From: a virus
Lineage: Duplodnaviria; Caudoviricetes
IMG/VR virus record: IMGVR_UViG_3300008266_000933
Location: 1-34,865 of that record
Strand: one strand, 5' to 3'
DNA length: 34,865 nucleotides
In this document: positions 1-11,000 of the stretch, one piece after another
Layout of the letters: each line of letters starts with the position of its first letter
Position numbering within the stretch: the stretch's first letter is position 1
The notes under the pieces: generated by a model
What the model saw: the letters and a program-made list of their open reading frames with translations, nothing else
Database searches by the model: none
What the model was told of the DNA's origin: nothing
Position numbers and translations under genes: made by a program

Positions 1-592
1 CATTACCAGCAGCGCCTGAACCACCACCGCCGCCTCCGCCACCAAAACCACTTCCACCATTATTTCCTTGTGATGGACTTACCGATGGTATATTTCCTGA
101 TCCGCCAGCATTTGGTGAATTTCTTCCACCACCACCACCTGAACCACCATTAAATCCAGCACCCAAACCACCACCACCACCGCCAGCAGAAGTGATTGTA
201 TCAAAAACTGAACTAGTTCCATTTGCGCCATTATATGGCGCAGTGTCATCGCCTCCACCTGCTCCACCAGAACCAATCGTAATTGTATAAGTGTTTCCAG
301 CAGTCACTGGATATGAAGATCCTATTCTAAATCCACCAGCACCACCACCACCTGCTCCATTTCTAGATGCACCACCGCCACCACCAGCAACGACAAGGTA
401 TTCAACTTCAGTCACACCTTCAGGCGCAACCCATAAACCAGACTGTTTAAAAGTGAGAATTACTGTTTTACCTGGTGGAGTAAAATTCCAATTCGGATTT
501 CGATTTGTACTTGGATTTGTGAGTGCATAACGAACAGCGCCGTTCGCACTCATCGCAGAAATACCCTGAATTGAATATAACTTAATGCCCAT
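1..592 (-). CDS. glycine-rich phage virion/fibre-tip protein (partial, runs off left edge)
   Basis: Missing from the ORF track because it has no stop in the window. Read by hand from ATG at 592: MGIKLYSIQG...FKQSGLWVAPEGVTEVEYLVVAGGGGGASRNGAGGGGAGGFRIG...YTITIGSGGAGG...SVFDTITSAGGGGGG. The frame is open to the edge. The motifs are typical of glycine-rich (polyglycine) phage virion proteins. Confidence 0.85.
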   Translation of the reverse strand, partial: MGIKLYSIQGISAMSANGAVRYALTNPSTNRNPNWNFTPPGKTVILTFKQSGLWVAPEGVTEVEYLVVAGGGGGASRNGAGGGGAGGFRIGSSYPVTAGNTYTITIGSGGAGGGDDTAPYNGANGTSSVFDTITSAGGGGGGLGAGFNGGSGGGGGRNSPNAGGSGNIPSVSPSQGNNGGSGFGGGGGGGGSGAAGN

Positions 593-597
593 GTTTA

Positions 598-930
598 TTA
601 GGTAATCTCTGAACCAAATACGCTGAAGGAAATATTTGCATTTGCTGAATAGACAGACAATACGTCTGTGTTGCCCATTGTCACACCAAGTGTTAATGCA
701 ATTGAGTCAAGTGCATTAATTGGTGCATCAAAAGCAATGTAATGTTGATTTGCAAGAGCAGCACCAGCAGGTTGAACTGCTAATCTGTACGTTGCATTTG
801 CATTGTTATTTCGATTTGTAATTACAATGGAAGAAATAACAGCCTGTGTTGCGGCAGGAACCGTATACACATTCGAAGTTGATGCTGCGTTTGGAGCAGC
901 TTGTCCTAATACTTTGTATGTAAATGGCAT
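598..930 (-). CDS. small beta-rich fibre-associated virion protein (putative adaptor)
   Basis: 110-aa ORF MPFTYKVLGQAAP...VYTVPAATQAVISSI...SFSVFGSEIT. The ATG directly abuts the upstream TAA. I recognise this family from phage fibre clusters; its function is inferred. Confidence 0.8.
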   Translation of the reverse strand: MPFTYKVLGQAAPNAASTSNVYTVPAATQAVISSIVITNRNNNANATYRLAVQPAGAALANQHYIAFDAPINALDSIALTLGVTMGNTDVLSVYSANANISFSVFGSEIT

Positions 931-3900
931 TTAAGCACCCATGAGTAAGAAAGGATGGAGAACCTCAGCACCAGCACCTGTGGCACCTTGTACACCTTGC
1001 GCGCCAGCAGGACCTTGTGGACCAGCAGTTCCAGCGATTACAAATACGTCAACGTTTGCATTTGCATCTGGTGCGCCATCAAAAGTGAGTGTTGTTGAAG
1101 ATACGTTATATTCGTTATTTCTTTGAAGAACGCGATCAACAAAGACAAGAGCGTGATCTTCATTAAATGGTGTCGTTGTAAGTGTAAAGTCAACAGCAAC
1201 GCCATTTGCAAGGAATGAATTTCTTGTTACAGAAATTGCTGCTGAACCAGAGTCCCCCTTATCTCCCTTTGTGCCTGTTCCTGCTGCGCCTTGAACACCC
1301 TGAGAACCCTGAGCGCCAGCAGTACCCTGAACACCTTGGAATCCTTGAGCACCTTGTGGACCACCTGATGCACCTTGTACACCTTGGAATCCTTGTTCGC
1401 CCTTTGCGCCAGTTGCACCAGTTGCACCTTGAGCGCCAGCAGTACCAGTAATATGATAAGCATCAATTACGTCATTTGTATCTGGCGCCACATCAAACGA
1501 TAGAGTCGTAGAACTTACATTGTATGCGCTGTTACGTTGGAATACATTGTTAACGAATACAAGCACTTGATCTTCATTAAGTGGTGCAGTTGCCAAAGTA
1601 AACGAATTTGTATTACCATCACCAACAAAAGAATTTCTTGCTACAGCAATTGCTGCTGCAGCAGAACCAGGCGCGCCTTGTACGCCTTGGAATCCTTGAG
1701 CACCTTGTGCACCGCCGCCACCGCCACCGCCGCCTGAGCCAGCAGGACCAACTTCTACCCATTGAGTGCTGTCGCCGTCGTTGATATATTTGAATAGCAA
1801 TCCAAGGTCAGTATCAAACCATTCATCACCCTCTGCTGGCGACACTGGTGCTGTTGCACCACTTGTGTAGATCACAGCACCTGTAGGAATCTCACCTTTA
1901 GCGCCTTGCACACCCTGTGCACCTTGTATACCTTGAGAACCTTGTGCACCTTGTGCGCCAACAGAACCTTGAACGCCTTGTTCACCTTGAGCGCCCTGAG
2001 AACCAACAGCACCTTGAGCACCTTGTACGCCTTGAGTACCTTGAGCACCGACGGCACCTTGTTGACCTTGAGAACCTTGTACGCCTTGAGAACCTTGTGC
2101 GCCCTGAACGCCTTGAGCACCCTGAGAACCAACAGAACCTTGAGCGCCTTGCACACCTTGAGCGCCCTGAGAACCAACAGCACCTTGAGCACCTTGAACG
2201 CCTTGAGCGCCCTGAGAACCAACAGCACCTTGAGCACCAACAGCGCCCTTATCGCCTGATCGTGCAAATTCAATTACGAGACCTTCACCGCTTGATGGAC
2301 GTGCGCCAGAAACATACGTTACATCATATTCAACCCATCCAACATTATCAACAAGACTATTGATTTGGAATATTGTTGAAGTAGGATCGCTAGGATTATT
2401 TGATTTAATAATCAAGTAGCCCTTAACAGCATTTGTTGAATCATCAGCAGTTAAGAGATATGCGCTAAAGTCTGTTGATGTGACATCTAGATCGCTGATG
2501 GCTACTTTTGTTACACTACCAATTGCTGAATTATTATAACGAATTAATCCAGTTCCTGGATCCGCCATCGTTACCGTTGTATTGAACGTATAACGCAATC
2601 CACCTTTATCGCCTGTTGAGCCTTGTGCGCCTTCTGTACCTTGTGCACCGACAGCTCCTTGTGCGCCTTGTGCACCCTGTACGCCCTGGAATCCTTGTTC
2701 ACCCTGCGCACCAACAGCGCCTTGTGCGCCTTGTGCACCTTGAACGCCTTGAGAACCTTGATGTCCTTGATAACCTTGTTCACCCTGCGCACCGACAGCA
2801 CCTTGAGCGCCTTGCACACCCTGTGCTCCCTGCTCACCTTGTGCACCAACAGCACCCTGTACGCCTTGATCGCCCTGAGCACCAACAGCACCTTGTTCAC
2901 CCTGAGCACCGACAGCACCTTGTGCGCCAGTCGCACCTTGAACACCTTGTGGACCAGTGTCACCAACGTCACCAGTTCGCGCAAACGTGATTATAACATC
3001 ATCATTATTATTTGGAGACCAACCGCTACCAGAAAGATAAGCACAGTTAGCGGTGAAGTAACCTGAATTATTTGTAAGAGCAGATATGGTATAAAATGCA
3101 AAACTTGTAGAATCAAACTTTGCTGAAATTCTAAAGTGACCCTTGATCGTCGATGTTGAATCGTCGATTGTTGTTAAGAAATTTTGAATGTCAGTTGAAC
3201 CGTCATCTAAATTATCAATATAAAGTTGTGTTGCAAGCGCAAGTACACTATTGTTTAATTTTAAACGTCCAGTTCCAGGATCTGTTGCATTTGTGTTAGT
3301 ATCAAAAGTATAATCAAAAGTTGCGCCACCAAAGTTACCATCACGACCTTGTGCACCTTGAACGCCCTGAGCACCTTGAGCACCTACTTCACCTTGTACA
3401 CCTTGATCGCCCTGCACACCTTGTGAACCTTGAGCGCCAACAGAACCCTGTGCACCTACGTCACCTTGTACGCCTTGTGAACCTTGTTGACCTTGGTGTC
3501 CCTGATGACCTTGATCGCCTTGCACACCTTGTGCACCTTGTACACCCTGTTCGCCCTGTGGTCCTTGTACACCTTGATGACCTTGAACGCCTTGAGCACC
3601 TTGCTGACCTTGTGAACCTTGAATGCCTTGTTCACCTTGGTGTCCTTGGAAACCTTGTTCACCCTGCACACCTTGTGCACCCTGTGCACCTTGTGCACCT
3701 TGACGTCCTTGTTCACCCTGGAATCCTTGGAGTCCTTGCGCACCTTGAACGCCCTGTTCACCTTGACGTCCCTGATGACCTTGTGCTCCTTGCTCACCTT
3801 GGAAACCCTGCTCACCTTGATGACCTTGATGACCCTGGAAGCCTTGCTCACCTTGGAAACCTTGATCGCCTTGATGCCCTTGATGACCTTGCTCGCCTTG

Positions 3901-5661
3901 ATAACCTTGATGACCCTGATCACCTTGACGTCCTTGTGCTCCTTGAACGCCTTGGAAACCTTGTGCTCCCTGTTCGCCTTGGAATCCTTGGTGTCCTTGT
4001 TCACCTTGGAAACCTTGATCGCCTTGATGTCCCTGATGACCTTGCTCGCCTTGGAAACCTTGATGACCTTGTGAACCTTGTTCGCCTTGACGACCTTGAG
4101 CACCTTGCTCGCCTTGCGCACCAATAGTGCCTTGAACACCTTGATAACCTTGTGCGCCCTGTTCACCTTGAACACCCTGGAAGCCCTGTTCACCTTGATG
4201 ACCTTGATGACCTTGAACTCCTTGGAAACCTTGAGCGCCTTGCTCTCCTTGAACACCCTGGAAGCCCTGTGCTCCCTGCTCACCTTGTGCACCAACAGCA
4301 CCTTGTATACCTTGATAACCCTGCTCACCCTTGTCGCCGCGATCACCAGTACGCACAAACGAAAGTGTTACCGCAGTTGTATTTGCTAGGTTTGATATAC
4401 CACTTGTCCAAGCAACTGGAACATTGAAGTGATCTAGATCATTAGTGTGTAATCCATTAATACTGAAGAATGCAAACTCACTAACGTTTGCTGTGTTAGC
4501 AATCTTAAACGTGCCCTTGATTGTTGACGTTGAATCATCAATCGTTTGCAAGAAGTTGAATACATTCGCTGAATTTTGATCAAGGAAACTAATGTATAAT
4601 GTGTTTGCTGTATTAAATGGATTTACATTAAACTGTACTAATCCATTTCCAAGATTAACTGGATCGTTAGTTTCGACTCTGAATTCATATTCAAAAGATG
4701 CACCGCCAAATTCACCAGTTTCACCTTTGGCGCCAGTTGTACCTTGTACACCTTGATTTCCTTGAACACCTTGAAAGCCTTGAGATCCTTGTTCACCCTG
4801 TACGCCTTGAAAGCCTTGAGATCCTTGTTCACCCTGTACGCCTTGGAAGCCTTGTTCACCCTGATGACCCTGATGACCTTGTACACCCTGGAAACCTTGT
4901 GAACCTTGTGCACCTTGTTGACCCTGTGAACCTTGAACGCCTTGTTCGCCTTGGTGTCCTTGGAAGCCTTGTGAACCTTGTTCACCCTGTACGCCTTGGA
5001 AACCCTGAGAACCCTGAGCGCCCTGGTGTCCTTGAGCGCCTTGCACACCTTGGAACCCTTGCTCGCCTTGATGACCTTGGAAACCTTGTGCGCCTTGAGC
5101 ACCTTGTACGCCTTGTTCACCTTGGTGTCCTTGGAACCCTTGCTCACCTTGATGTCCCTGATGACCTTGTTCACCTTGGTGTCCTTGGAACCCTTGCTCA
5201 CCTTGATGACCTTGTGAGCCTTGTACGCCCTGTTCACCTTGATGACCTTGGAAACCCTGTGAACCTTGTTCACCCTGCACACCTTGAGAACCTTGACGCC
5301 CCTGATGACCTTGCTCGCCCTGTACGCCTTGAAAACCTTGTGCTCCCTGCTCGCCTTGATGACCCTGGAAGCCTTGCTCACCTTGGTATCCTTGCGCGCC
5401 TTGTTCACCCTGTACACCTTGAGCACCACCAACAGTTGGTGTAAAAATACTTACTGTATTGCCAGAAACTGTAACAATAGAAACGCCACCTGGATCGCCA
5501 ACGATTTTAAGTGTATCGTTATGGCTTTCTGTATTTGTGAGGCGAGCCTGCACGTTTGTGCCATCCACAAATACTGTATTCGCATTTAATGTTTGGGCAA
5601 TGACTGTTGTATCTACGGTTACATTACCATAAATTCGTGTATTGCCTTGTAATTTTGCCAT
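931..5661 (-). CDS. large collagen-like (Gly-X-Gln) fibre protein, 1576 aa
   Basis: Long (G-X-Q)n tracts separated by three ~120-aa globular domains, followed by a '[23 protein letters not shown]' motif and two tandem 'RNSF..G....FTL...[25 protein letters not shown]' beta domains. C-terminus is HPFLLMGA. A late-promoter-like motif lies upstream. Confidence 0.92.
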   Translation of the reverse strand: MAKLQGNTRIYGNVTVDTTVIAQTLNANTVFVDGTNVQARLTNTESHNDTLKIVGDPGGVSIVTVSGNTVSIFTPTVGGAQGVQGEQGAQGYQGEQGFQGHQGEQGAQGFQGVQGEQGHQGRQGSQGVQGEQGSQGFQGHQGEQGVQGSQGHQGEQGFQGHQGEQGHQGHQGEQGFQGHQGEQGVQGAQGAQGFQGHQGEQGFQGVQGAQGHQGAQGSQGFQGVQGEQGSQGFQGHQGEQGVQGSQGQQGAQGSQGFQGVQGHQGHQGEQGFQGVQGEQGSQGFQGVQGEQGSQGFQGVQGNQGVQGTTGAKGETGEFGGASFEYEFRVETNDPVNLGNGLVQFNVNPFNTANTLYISFLDQNSANVFNFLQTIDDSTSTIKGTFKIANTANVSEFAFFSINGLHTNDLDHFNVPVAWTSGISNLANTTAVTLSFVRTGDRGDKGEQGYQGIQGAVGAQGEQGAQGFQGVQGEQGAQGFQGVQGHQGHQGEQGFQGVQGEQGAQGYQGVQGTIGAQGEQGAQGRQGEQGSQGHQGFQGEQGHQGHQGDQGFQGEQGHQGFQGEQGAQGFQGVQGAQGRQGDQGHQGYQGEQGHQGHQGDQGFQGEQGFQGHQGHQGEQGFQGEQGAQGHQGRQGEQGVQGAQGLQGFQGEQGRQGAQGAQGAQGVQGEQGFQGHQGEQGIQGSQGQQGAQGVQGHQGVQGPQGEQGVQGAQGVQGDQGHQGHQGQQGSQGVQGDVGAQGSVGAQGSQGVQGDQGVQGEVGAQGAQGVQGAQGRDGNFGGATFDYTFDTNTNATDPGTGRLKLNNSVLALATQLYIDNLDDGSTDIQNFLTTIDDSTSTIKGHFRISAKFDSTSFAFYTISALTNNSGYFTANCAYLSGSGWSPNNNDDVIITFARTGDVGDTGPQGVQGATGAQGAVGAQGEQGAVGAQGDQGVQGAVGAQGEQGAQGVQGAQGAVGAQGEQGYQGHQGSQGVQGAQGAQGAVGAQGEQGFQGVQGAQGAQGAVGAQGTEGAQGSTGDKGGLRYTFNTTVTMADPGTGLIRYNNSAIGSVTKVAISDLDVTSTDFSAYLLTADDSTNAVKGYLIIKSNNPSDPTSTIFQINSLVDNVGWVEYDVTYVSGARPSSGEGLVIEFARSGDKGAVGAQGAVGSQGAQGVQGAQGAVGSQGAQGVQGAQGSVGSQGAQGVQGAQGSQGVQGSQGQQGAVGAQGTQGVQGAQGAVGSQGAQGEQGVQGSVGAQGAQGSQGIQGAQGVQGAKGEIPTGAVIYTSGATAPVSPAEGDEWFDTDLGLLFKYINDGDSTQWVEVGPAGSGGGGGGGGAQGAQGFQGVQGAPGSAAAAIAVARNSFVGDGNTNSFTLATAPLNEDQVLVFVNNVFQRNSAYNVSSTTLSFDVAPDTNDVIDAYHITGTAGAQGATGATGAKGEQGFQGVQGASGGPQGAQGFQGVQGTAGAQGSQGVQGAAGTGTKGDKGDSGSAAISVTRNSFLANGVAVDFTLTTTPFNEDHALVFVDRVLQRNNEYNVSSTTLTFDGAPDANANVDVFVIAGTAGPQGPAGAQGVQGATGAGAEVLHPFLLMGA
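4769..4840. repeat. perfect 36-bp tandem duplication inside collagen tract
   Basis: ccttgaaagccttgagatccttgttcaccctgtacg occurs at 4769-4804 and again at 4805-4840. Confidence 0.9.
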
Positions 5662-5691
5662 TTTTTAAATTTTACCCAATTGGTTATCTAA

Positions 5692-5699
5692 TATTTATT
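5692..5699 (-). promoter_or_regulatory. T4-type late promoter variant (AATAAATA)
   Basis: Plus-strand tatttatt lies in the short intergenic gap ~30 nt upstream of the ATG at 5661. It matches 7/8 of TATAAATA. Confidence 0.7.
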
Positions 5700-5704
5700 T
5701 TACT

Positions 5705-6556
5705 CTAAAACCCATATCGAGTTTTAGTTAGATCATAATTTTGTTTAATTTCATCTGCAGTTAATGTTACATCATAAGTAAGTGCTTGCGACATTCTACC
5801 ATTTAATAAATTACCACCAGCGCTAAAACAGGCTATATTTGTGGAACCATCTCCTGGTAATGCAGTAGTCCAAGAATATGTGCTATCTTGAGTACCATTT
5901 ACATATAATGTAAAACCAACTGCAACATCAAACGTTAATGCTACATTATACCACTTGTTTAAATCAAATGTTGCTGTAGAACCATATGCCATAAAATTGC
6001 CAAAATTTGTATGCCCTGAATAAACTTTATTTGTCGAAGTTCCGAAATATAAAAAATGTCCACTCGTACCGCTGATTAAATTATTATCATTATAAGCGTT
6101 TAAATAAAACCAAACTTGTTTCGTATAGTTATTCGCGCCAAGAACTCTTCCACTGCTCGTCCCATATTGATTTGAACCATTAAATGTAAAATACCTTGGC
6201 GAACTATTTGTAAATGTTGGACTATTATATAATGTTACGTCATTTGCAGTTCCAGCACTTATGTCAAACCAAGTTGATCCAGAGTTTGGATAACTTACAT
6301 TTTCTTCAGCATCTAATTGTAATGTCAATCCTCGCGTTACAATATTAATTTCATTAAAAATATTTGCAACTAAAATTCGACCATCATTTGTTTTTCTTTG
6401 CGCTAAACCGTTCGTCAATGGACTAATTGTCACTTCATCAAACTCGGCAGCGCGCAAATATGTTTTGCTTTCACTGATTGTCGATTGAGTAACTTCATCA
6501 AGTGAACTAAAAACATTTAACGTGCCGTCACTTTTTATTTGCGAAGATCTTGCCAT
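5705..6556 (-). CDS. LamG / concanavalin A-like lectin domain protein (putative receptor-binding tip)
   Basis: 283 aa. Motifs GLTLQLDA...SYPNSGSTWFDIS, FTFNGSNQY, NKWYNVALTFD, LYVNG, LTADEIKQNY...RYG are typical of phage LamG domains. The N-terminus has repeated DEVT motifs. Confidence 0.88.
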   Translation of the reverse strand: MARSSQIKSDGTLNVFSSLDEVTQSTISESKTYLRAAEFDEVTISPLTNGLAQRKTNDGRILVANIFNEINIVTRGLTLQLDAEENVSYPNSGSTWFDISAGTANDVTLYNSPTFTNSSPRYFTFNGSNQYGTSSGRVLGANNYTKQVWFYLNAYNDNNLISGTSGHFLYFGTSTNKVYSGHTNFGNFMAYGSTATFDLNKWYNVALTFDVAVGFTLYVNGTQDSTYSWTTALPGDGSTNIACFSAGGNLLNGRMSQALTYDVTLTADEIKQNYDLTKTRYGF

Positions 6557-6558
6557 AA

Positions 6559-8001
6559 TTAGATAAACACTGTATCAATGCTATTTTCTGAATCGTTATA
6601 ATATTGATAGGCAACAATTACTCCAGTTGTATTCTTATACTGAACATTTGCAGCAGCAAGTTTATTCGTTGACAACATATTGCTTGCGGTGTTAAACGTC
6701 AAGTCTGCATCACCACCAAACACACCATTGTTGTTAAACAATACTTGAGTGTTTGTCGTATTTGCTAGTGGTACACTGAACGTTACACTTTGTGGTACTG
6801 AATTACCATTTCCGCTGATAAGAATATTATCACCAGAAATTAAATTGACAGTATCGAGACCAGAAGCAACAAGTTGATTGACGCCATTTACTTGCCAGTT
6901 CTTGAACGTACTATTAAGTTGAATAGTGACGGTGTTAGAACTTTCATCAACAACAGCCATTCCCGAATCAGCGTCGAACTGAATCGTATTGATGTTGCTA
7001 AATGTATTAACAACAGTATTGTTGCCTGCATAAACTTCTTTAATCGTAATTGGTGCATTGGCTTTATCGTACGCATTATTGGCTTGTAGATATGCAGCAT
7101 TGGCTTGACCATATGCATTACCAGCAGCAGTTGTTGCAGTATTTGCTTGGTCATAAGCACCACCAGCTTGTGTTCGAACATCATCAAATGAGTAGAACGT
7201 TGTGCCATTGTCTGACCAACCCCACTTGTCTGTATTTTCATTCCAGCGCAAGAAGGTGTCTGGTTGATCCCCACGATTAACTGTTACACTTGCATTAAGC
7301 GATGGTGCACCAGTTGCATTTGAGTTGAGGATGATTTCATTGTCTTCAACAAGCAACGTCTCAACATTAAGTGTCGTGCTGTTGCCAAGTATTTCAAGAT
7401 TACCTTGAACAACAAGGCTACCTGTAATCGTACCACCAGCAATGTTAAGTTTTAGATTTGCTTCAGCATATGCAGCATTGGCTTGATCGTAAGTCTGACC
7501 AATTAATGCTTCGAGGTTTGCATTATTTTGACCAATGAAAACCGTATTCGCAATAATACCGTTTGTTGAGACATTACCATCAACACTACTAATTATAGCA
7601 TTGCCAAGGAAGATTGAGTTGTTGCTCAAATAAATGTCACGGAAACGATTGGTGCTTGTACCGATATCGTAGGTAACATTTGACTCAGGAACAATATTTC
7701 TTGTTGTTAATAGTCCAGATACACTTACATTATTATTAAATTGAGCATTGCGTGTCGTAAATGTATTTGATGCAAGATCAAATGTTAAGTTAGCAGAACC
7801 AGCTGGGTTGTCTTGATTATTGAATACAATTTGTGTATTCTGTCCAGCAACTGGTCCAACTTCACCCTGTACGCCTTGGAAGCCCTGGGAACCCTGCTCA
7901 CCTTGAGCGCCAACAGTGCCTTGCACGCCTTGGAAACCTTGCTCACCTTGGAATCCTTGGAAGCCCTGCTCACCTTGTGCACCAACTTCGCCTTGAACGC
8001 C
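6559..8001 (-). pseudogene. C-terminal 480 aa of the giant collagen-like fibre, separated by a frameshift at ~8002
   Basis: The track ORF 6559..8535 reads as shifted-frame K/V-rich text up to 8002, then as [10 protein letters not shown] collagen followed by fibre modules (YDIGTSTNRFRDIYLS, YDQANAAY, GGTITG..VEDNEIILNSN). No plausible independent start is seen. Confidence 0.8.
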
Positions 8002-11000
8002 CGCCTTGGTGTCCCTGAGATCCTTGAATACCTTGAGCGCCTTGAGCACCAACAGTACCTTGTACACCTTGGAAGCCTTGAGCGCCTTGCTCTCCTTGAC
8101 GCCCTTGAGCACCTTGTACGCCTTGGAAGCCTTGTGCTCCTTGCTCACCTTGGAATCCTTGTTCGCCTTGATGACCTTGAGCACCTTGTACGCCCTGGAA
8201 GCCTTGCTCACCTTGTACACCTTGGAATCCTTGTTCGCCCTGATGACCTTGTTCACCCTGACGCCCTTGTGATCCTTGTACACCTTGGAAGCCCTGTTCG
8301 CCTTGACGCCCTTGGAATCCTTGCTCACCCTGATGACCTTGGAAGCCTTGTGCTCCTTGCTCACCTTGTGCACCAATCGTTCCTTGAACGCCTTGGAAAC
8401 CTTGTGAACCTTGTACGCCCTGGAATCCTTGCTCACCTTGATGCCCTTGGAAACCTTGTTCACCTTGGAATCCTTGTTCACCTTGGAAACCTTGGTGTCC
8501 TTGGAAACCTTGTTCGCCTTTATCGCCACGATCACCAGTACGAACGAAAGAAATCGTTACATTCGTTAGATCAGTGAAACTTGTTACGCCACTAGTGTGT
8601 GCAACAGGAACGGAGAAGTAATCGGCAACATGAGCATGTGTACCATTGATGCTAAAGAAAGCAAATTCGTTTACGTTTGCAGTGTTGGCAATTTTAAAAC
8701 TACCTTTGATTGTCGAAGTTGAATCGTCAATCGTTTGTAGATAGTTGAATACATTTGCGCTGTTACTGTCAACAAAATCAATATACAATCTTGTTGCAGT
8801 TGAAATGTCTGCGGAATCAAATTTTAGATTAGCAATACCTGGATCAGTGTTTGCAGTGTTTGACAAGAAGATGTATTCAAACGATGCTCCACCAAATTCA
8901 CCGATTTCACCTTTCTGTCCTACAAGACCTTGATTACCTTGTACACCTTGGAAGCCCTGTTCGCCTTGGTATCCCTGATGACCTTGAACGCCTTGGAAGC
9001 CCTGTTCGCCTTGGAAGCCTTGGAAGCCCTGTTCGCCTTGGTATCCCTGATGACCTTGAACGCCTTGTGCTCCTTGTACACCCTGAGCTCCTTGTACACC
9101 TTGTGCCCCTTGAATACCTTGGAAGCCCTGTTCACCCTGAACACCTTGTTCACCTTGACGTCCTTGTGCACCTTGAATACCTTGATTACCCTGTACACCT
9201 TGATGACCTTGAACGCCTTGAGCGCCTTGAACACCCTGCTCGCCTTGAACGCCCTGTTCACCTTGACGTCCCTGATGACCTTGAACGCCTTGAGCGCCTT
9301 GATAACCCTGTTCACCTTGGAAACCTTGTGAACCTTGTTCACCTTGGCGACCCTGATGACCTTGAACACCTTGAACACCTTGTTGTCCTTGAACGCCTTG
9401 GAAACCTTGTGAACCTTGTTCACCTTGATGTCCCTGGAATCCTTGATCGCCTTGATGACCTTGGAATCCTTGTTCACCTTGGCGACCCTGTGCACCTTGA
9501 ACACCTTGTGCGCCTTGATAACCTTGCTCACCTTGGAAACCTTGAGCGCCTTGCTCGCCTTGGAATCCTTGGTATCCTTGTTCACCTTGGTGTCCTTGAT
9601 GACCCTGTGATCCTTGAACACCTTGGAATCCTTGGGCACCTTGTTCACCTTGGAATCCTTGAGCGCCTTGTTGACCTTGTGAACCCTGACGTCCTTGTGA
9701 ACCTTGTACACCCTGTTCGCCTTGGAAACCTTGAGCGCCTTGTTCACCCTGACGTCCTTGAACGCCTTGATGACCTTGAACACCTTGGAAACCCTGTTCA
9801 CCTTGTGTTCCTTGGAAACCTTGTTCGCCTTGTGTACCTTGAGATCCTTGTACACCTTGGAAGCCCTGTTCGCCTTGATGACCTTGATAACCTTGCTCAC
9901 CTTGGAAGCCTTGTGAACCCTGCTCGCCTTGAACGCCAGCAAAACCTTGTTCACCTTGATAGCCCTGCTCACCCTGATGACCTTGGAAACCTTGATCGCC
10001 TTGTGTTCCTTGGAAACCTTGTTCACCTTGACGACCCTGTGCACCCTGCACACCCTGTTCACCCTGTACGCCTTGGAAGCCTTGTGAACCTTGCGTGCCT
10101 TGCACACCTTGGAAGCCTTGTTCGCCTTGACGTCCCTGATGACCTTGAACACCTTGCGCACCTTGTGCACCTACATCGCCACGATCGCCAGTGCGAGCAA
10201 ATGTAATTAATACATCATCATTGTTACTGAACGATGAATCTGCTCCCGAAACATAACTACAATCTACTTCAAAATAATTGTTTTGTACAGCAAGAGAAGA
10301 AATTGTGTAGAGAATATAGTTGTTTGAATCAAACTTACTTGTAACTCTAAAATGTCCTTTAATTAATGATGTTGAATCATCAATTGTAATAAGGAAGTTA
10401 TAAACGTTTGATGTATTGTCATCAAGATTGTCAATATAAAGTTTATTGACTGCGGTTAGATCTGCATTATTAAATCTTAAGAAGCCACTTCCTGGATCAG
10501 TATTTGCAGTGCTGCTGCTATAGGTGTAATCAAATGTGGCGCCACCAAAGTTGCCGTCGCGACCTTGATAACCTTGCGAACCTTGTACACCTTGTGCTCC
10601 TTGCTCACCTTGAGCGCCTTGGCGTCCTTGGAAACCTTGCTCACCCTGACGTCCTTGTGCACCCTGTGCTCCCTGTACGCCTTGGAAGCCTTGTGCTCCT
10701 TGCTCACCTACAAGACCTTGTAAACCTTGTGCACCCTGCACTCCCTGTTCACCTTGTGGTCCTTGGAAACCTTGTTCACCCTGACGCCCCTGATGCCCTT
10801 GAACACCTTGTGCGCCTTGAATGCCTTGGAAACCTTGTGAACCCTGTACACCTTGTGCACCTTGACGTCCCTGGAAACCTTGTTCACCTTGAGCGCCCTG
10901 TCGACCCTGTTCACCTTGGAAACCTTGCAAACCTTGAGCGCCTTGAACACCTTGCTCACCCTGTACGCCTTGTTCACCCTGTCGTCCTTGGAAACCCTGC

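Noticed and set aside
79-530. Track ORFs 79..276 (-) and 291..530 (+, Pro-rich)
   Set aside because: They are alternative-frame and antisense shadows of the glycine-rich gene that starts at 592.
5662-5704. Short palindrome ccaattgg in an intergenic gap as a terminator or operator
   Set aside because: It is too short, with no convincing GC-rich stem-loop and U-tract. No intrinsic terminator could be supported anywhere in the window.
8002-8535. N-terminal part of track ORF 6559..8535 as a real K/V-rich protein segment
   Set aside because: It is the shifted reading of the collagen tract that belongs to the 13318-start gene.
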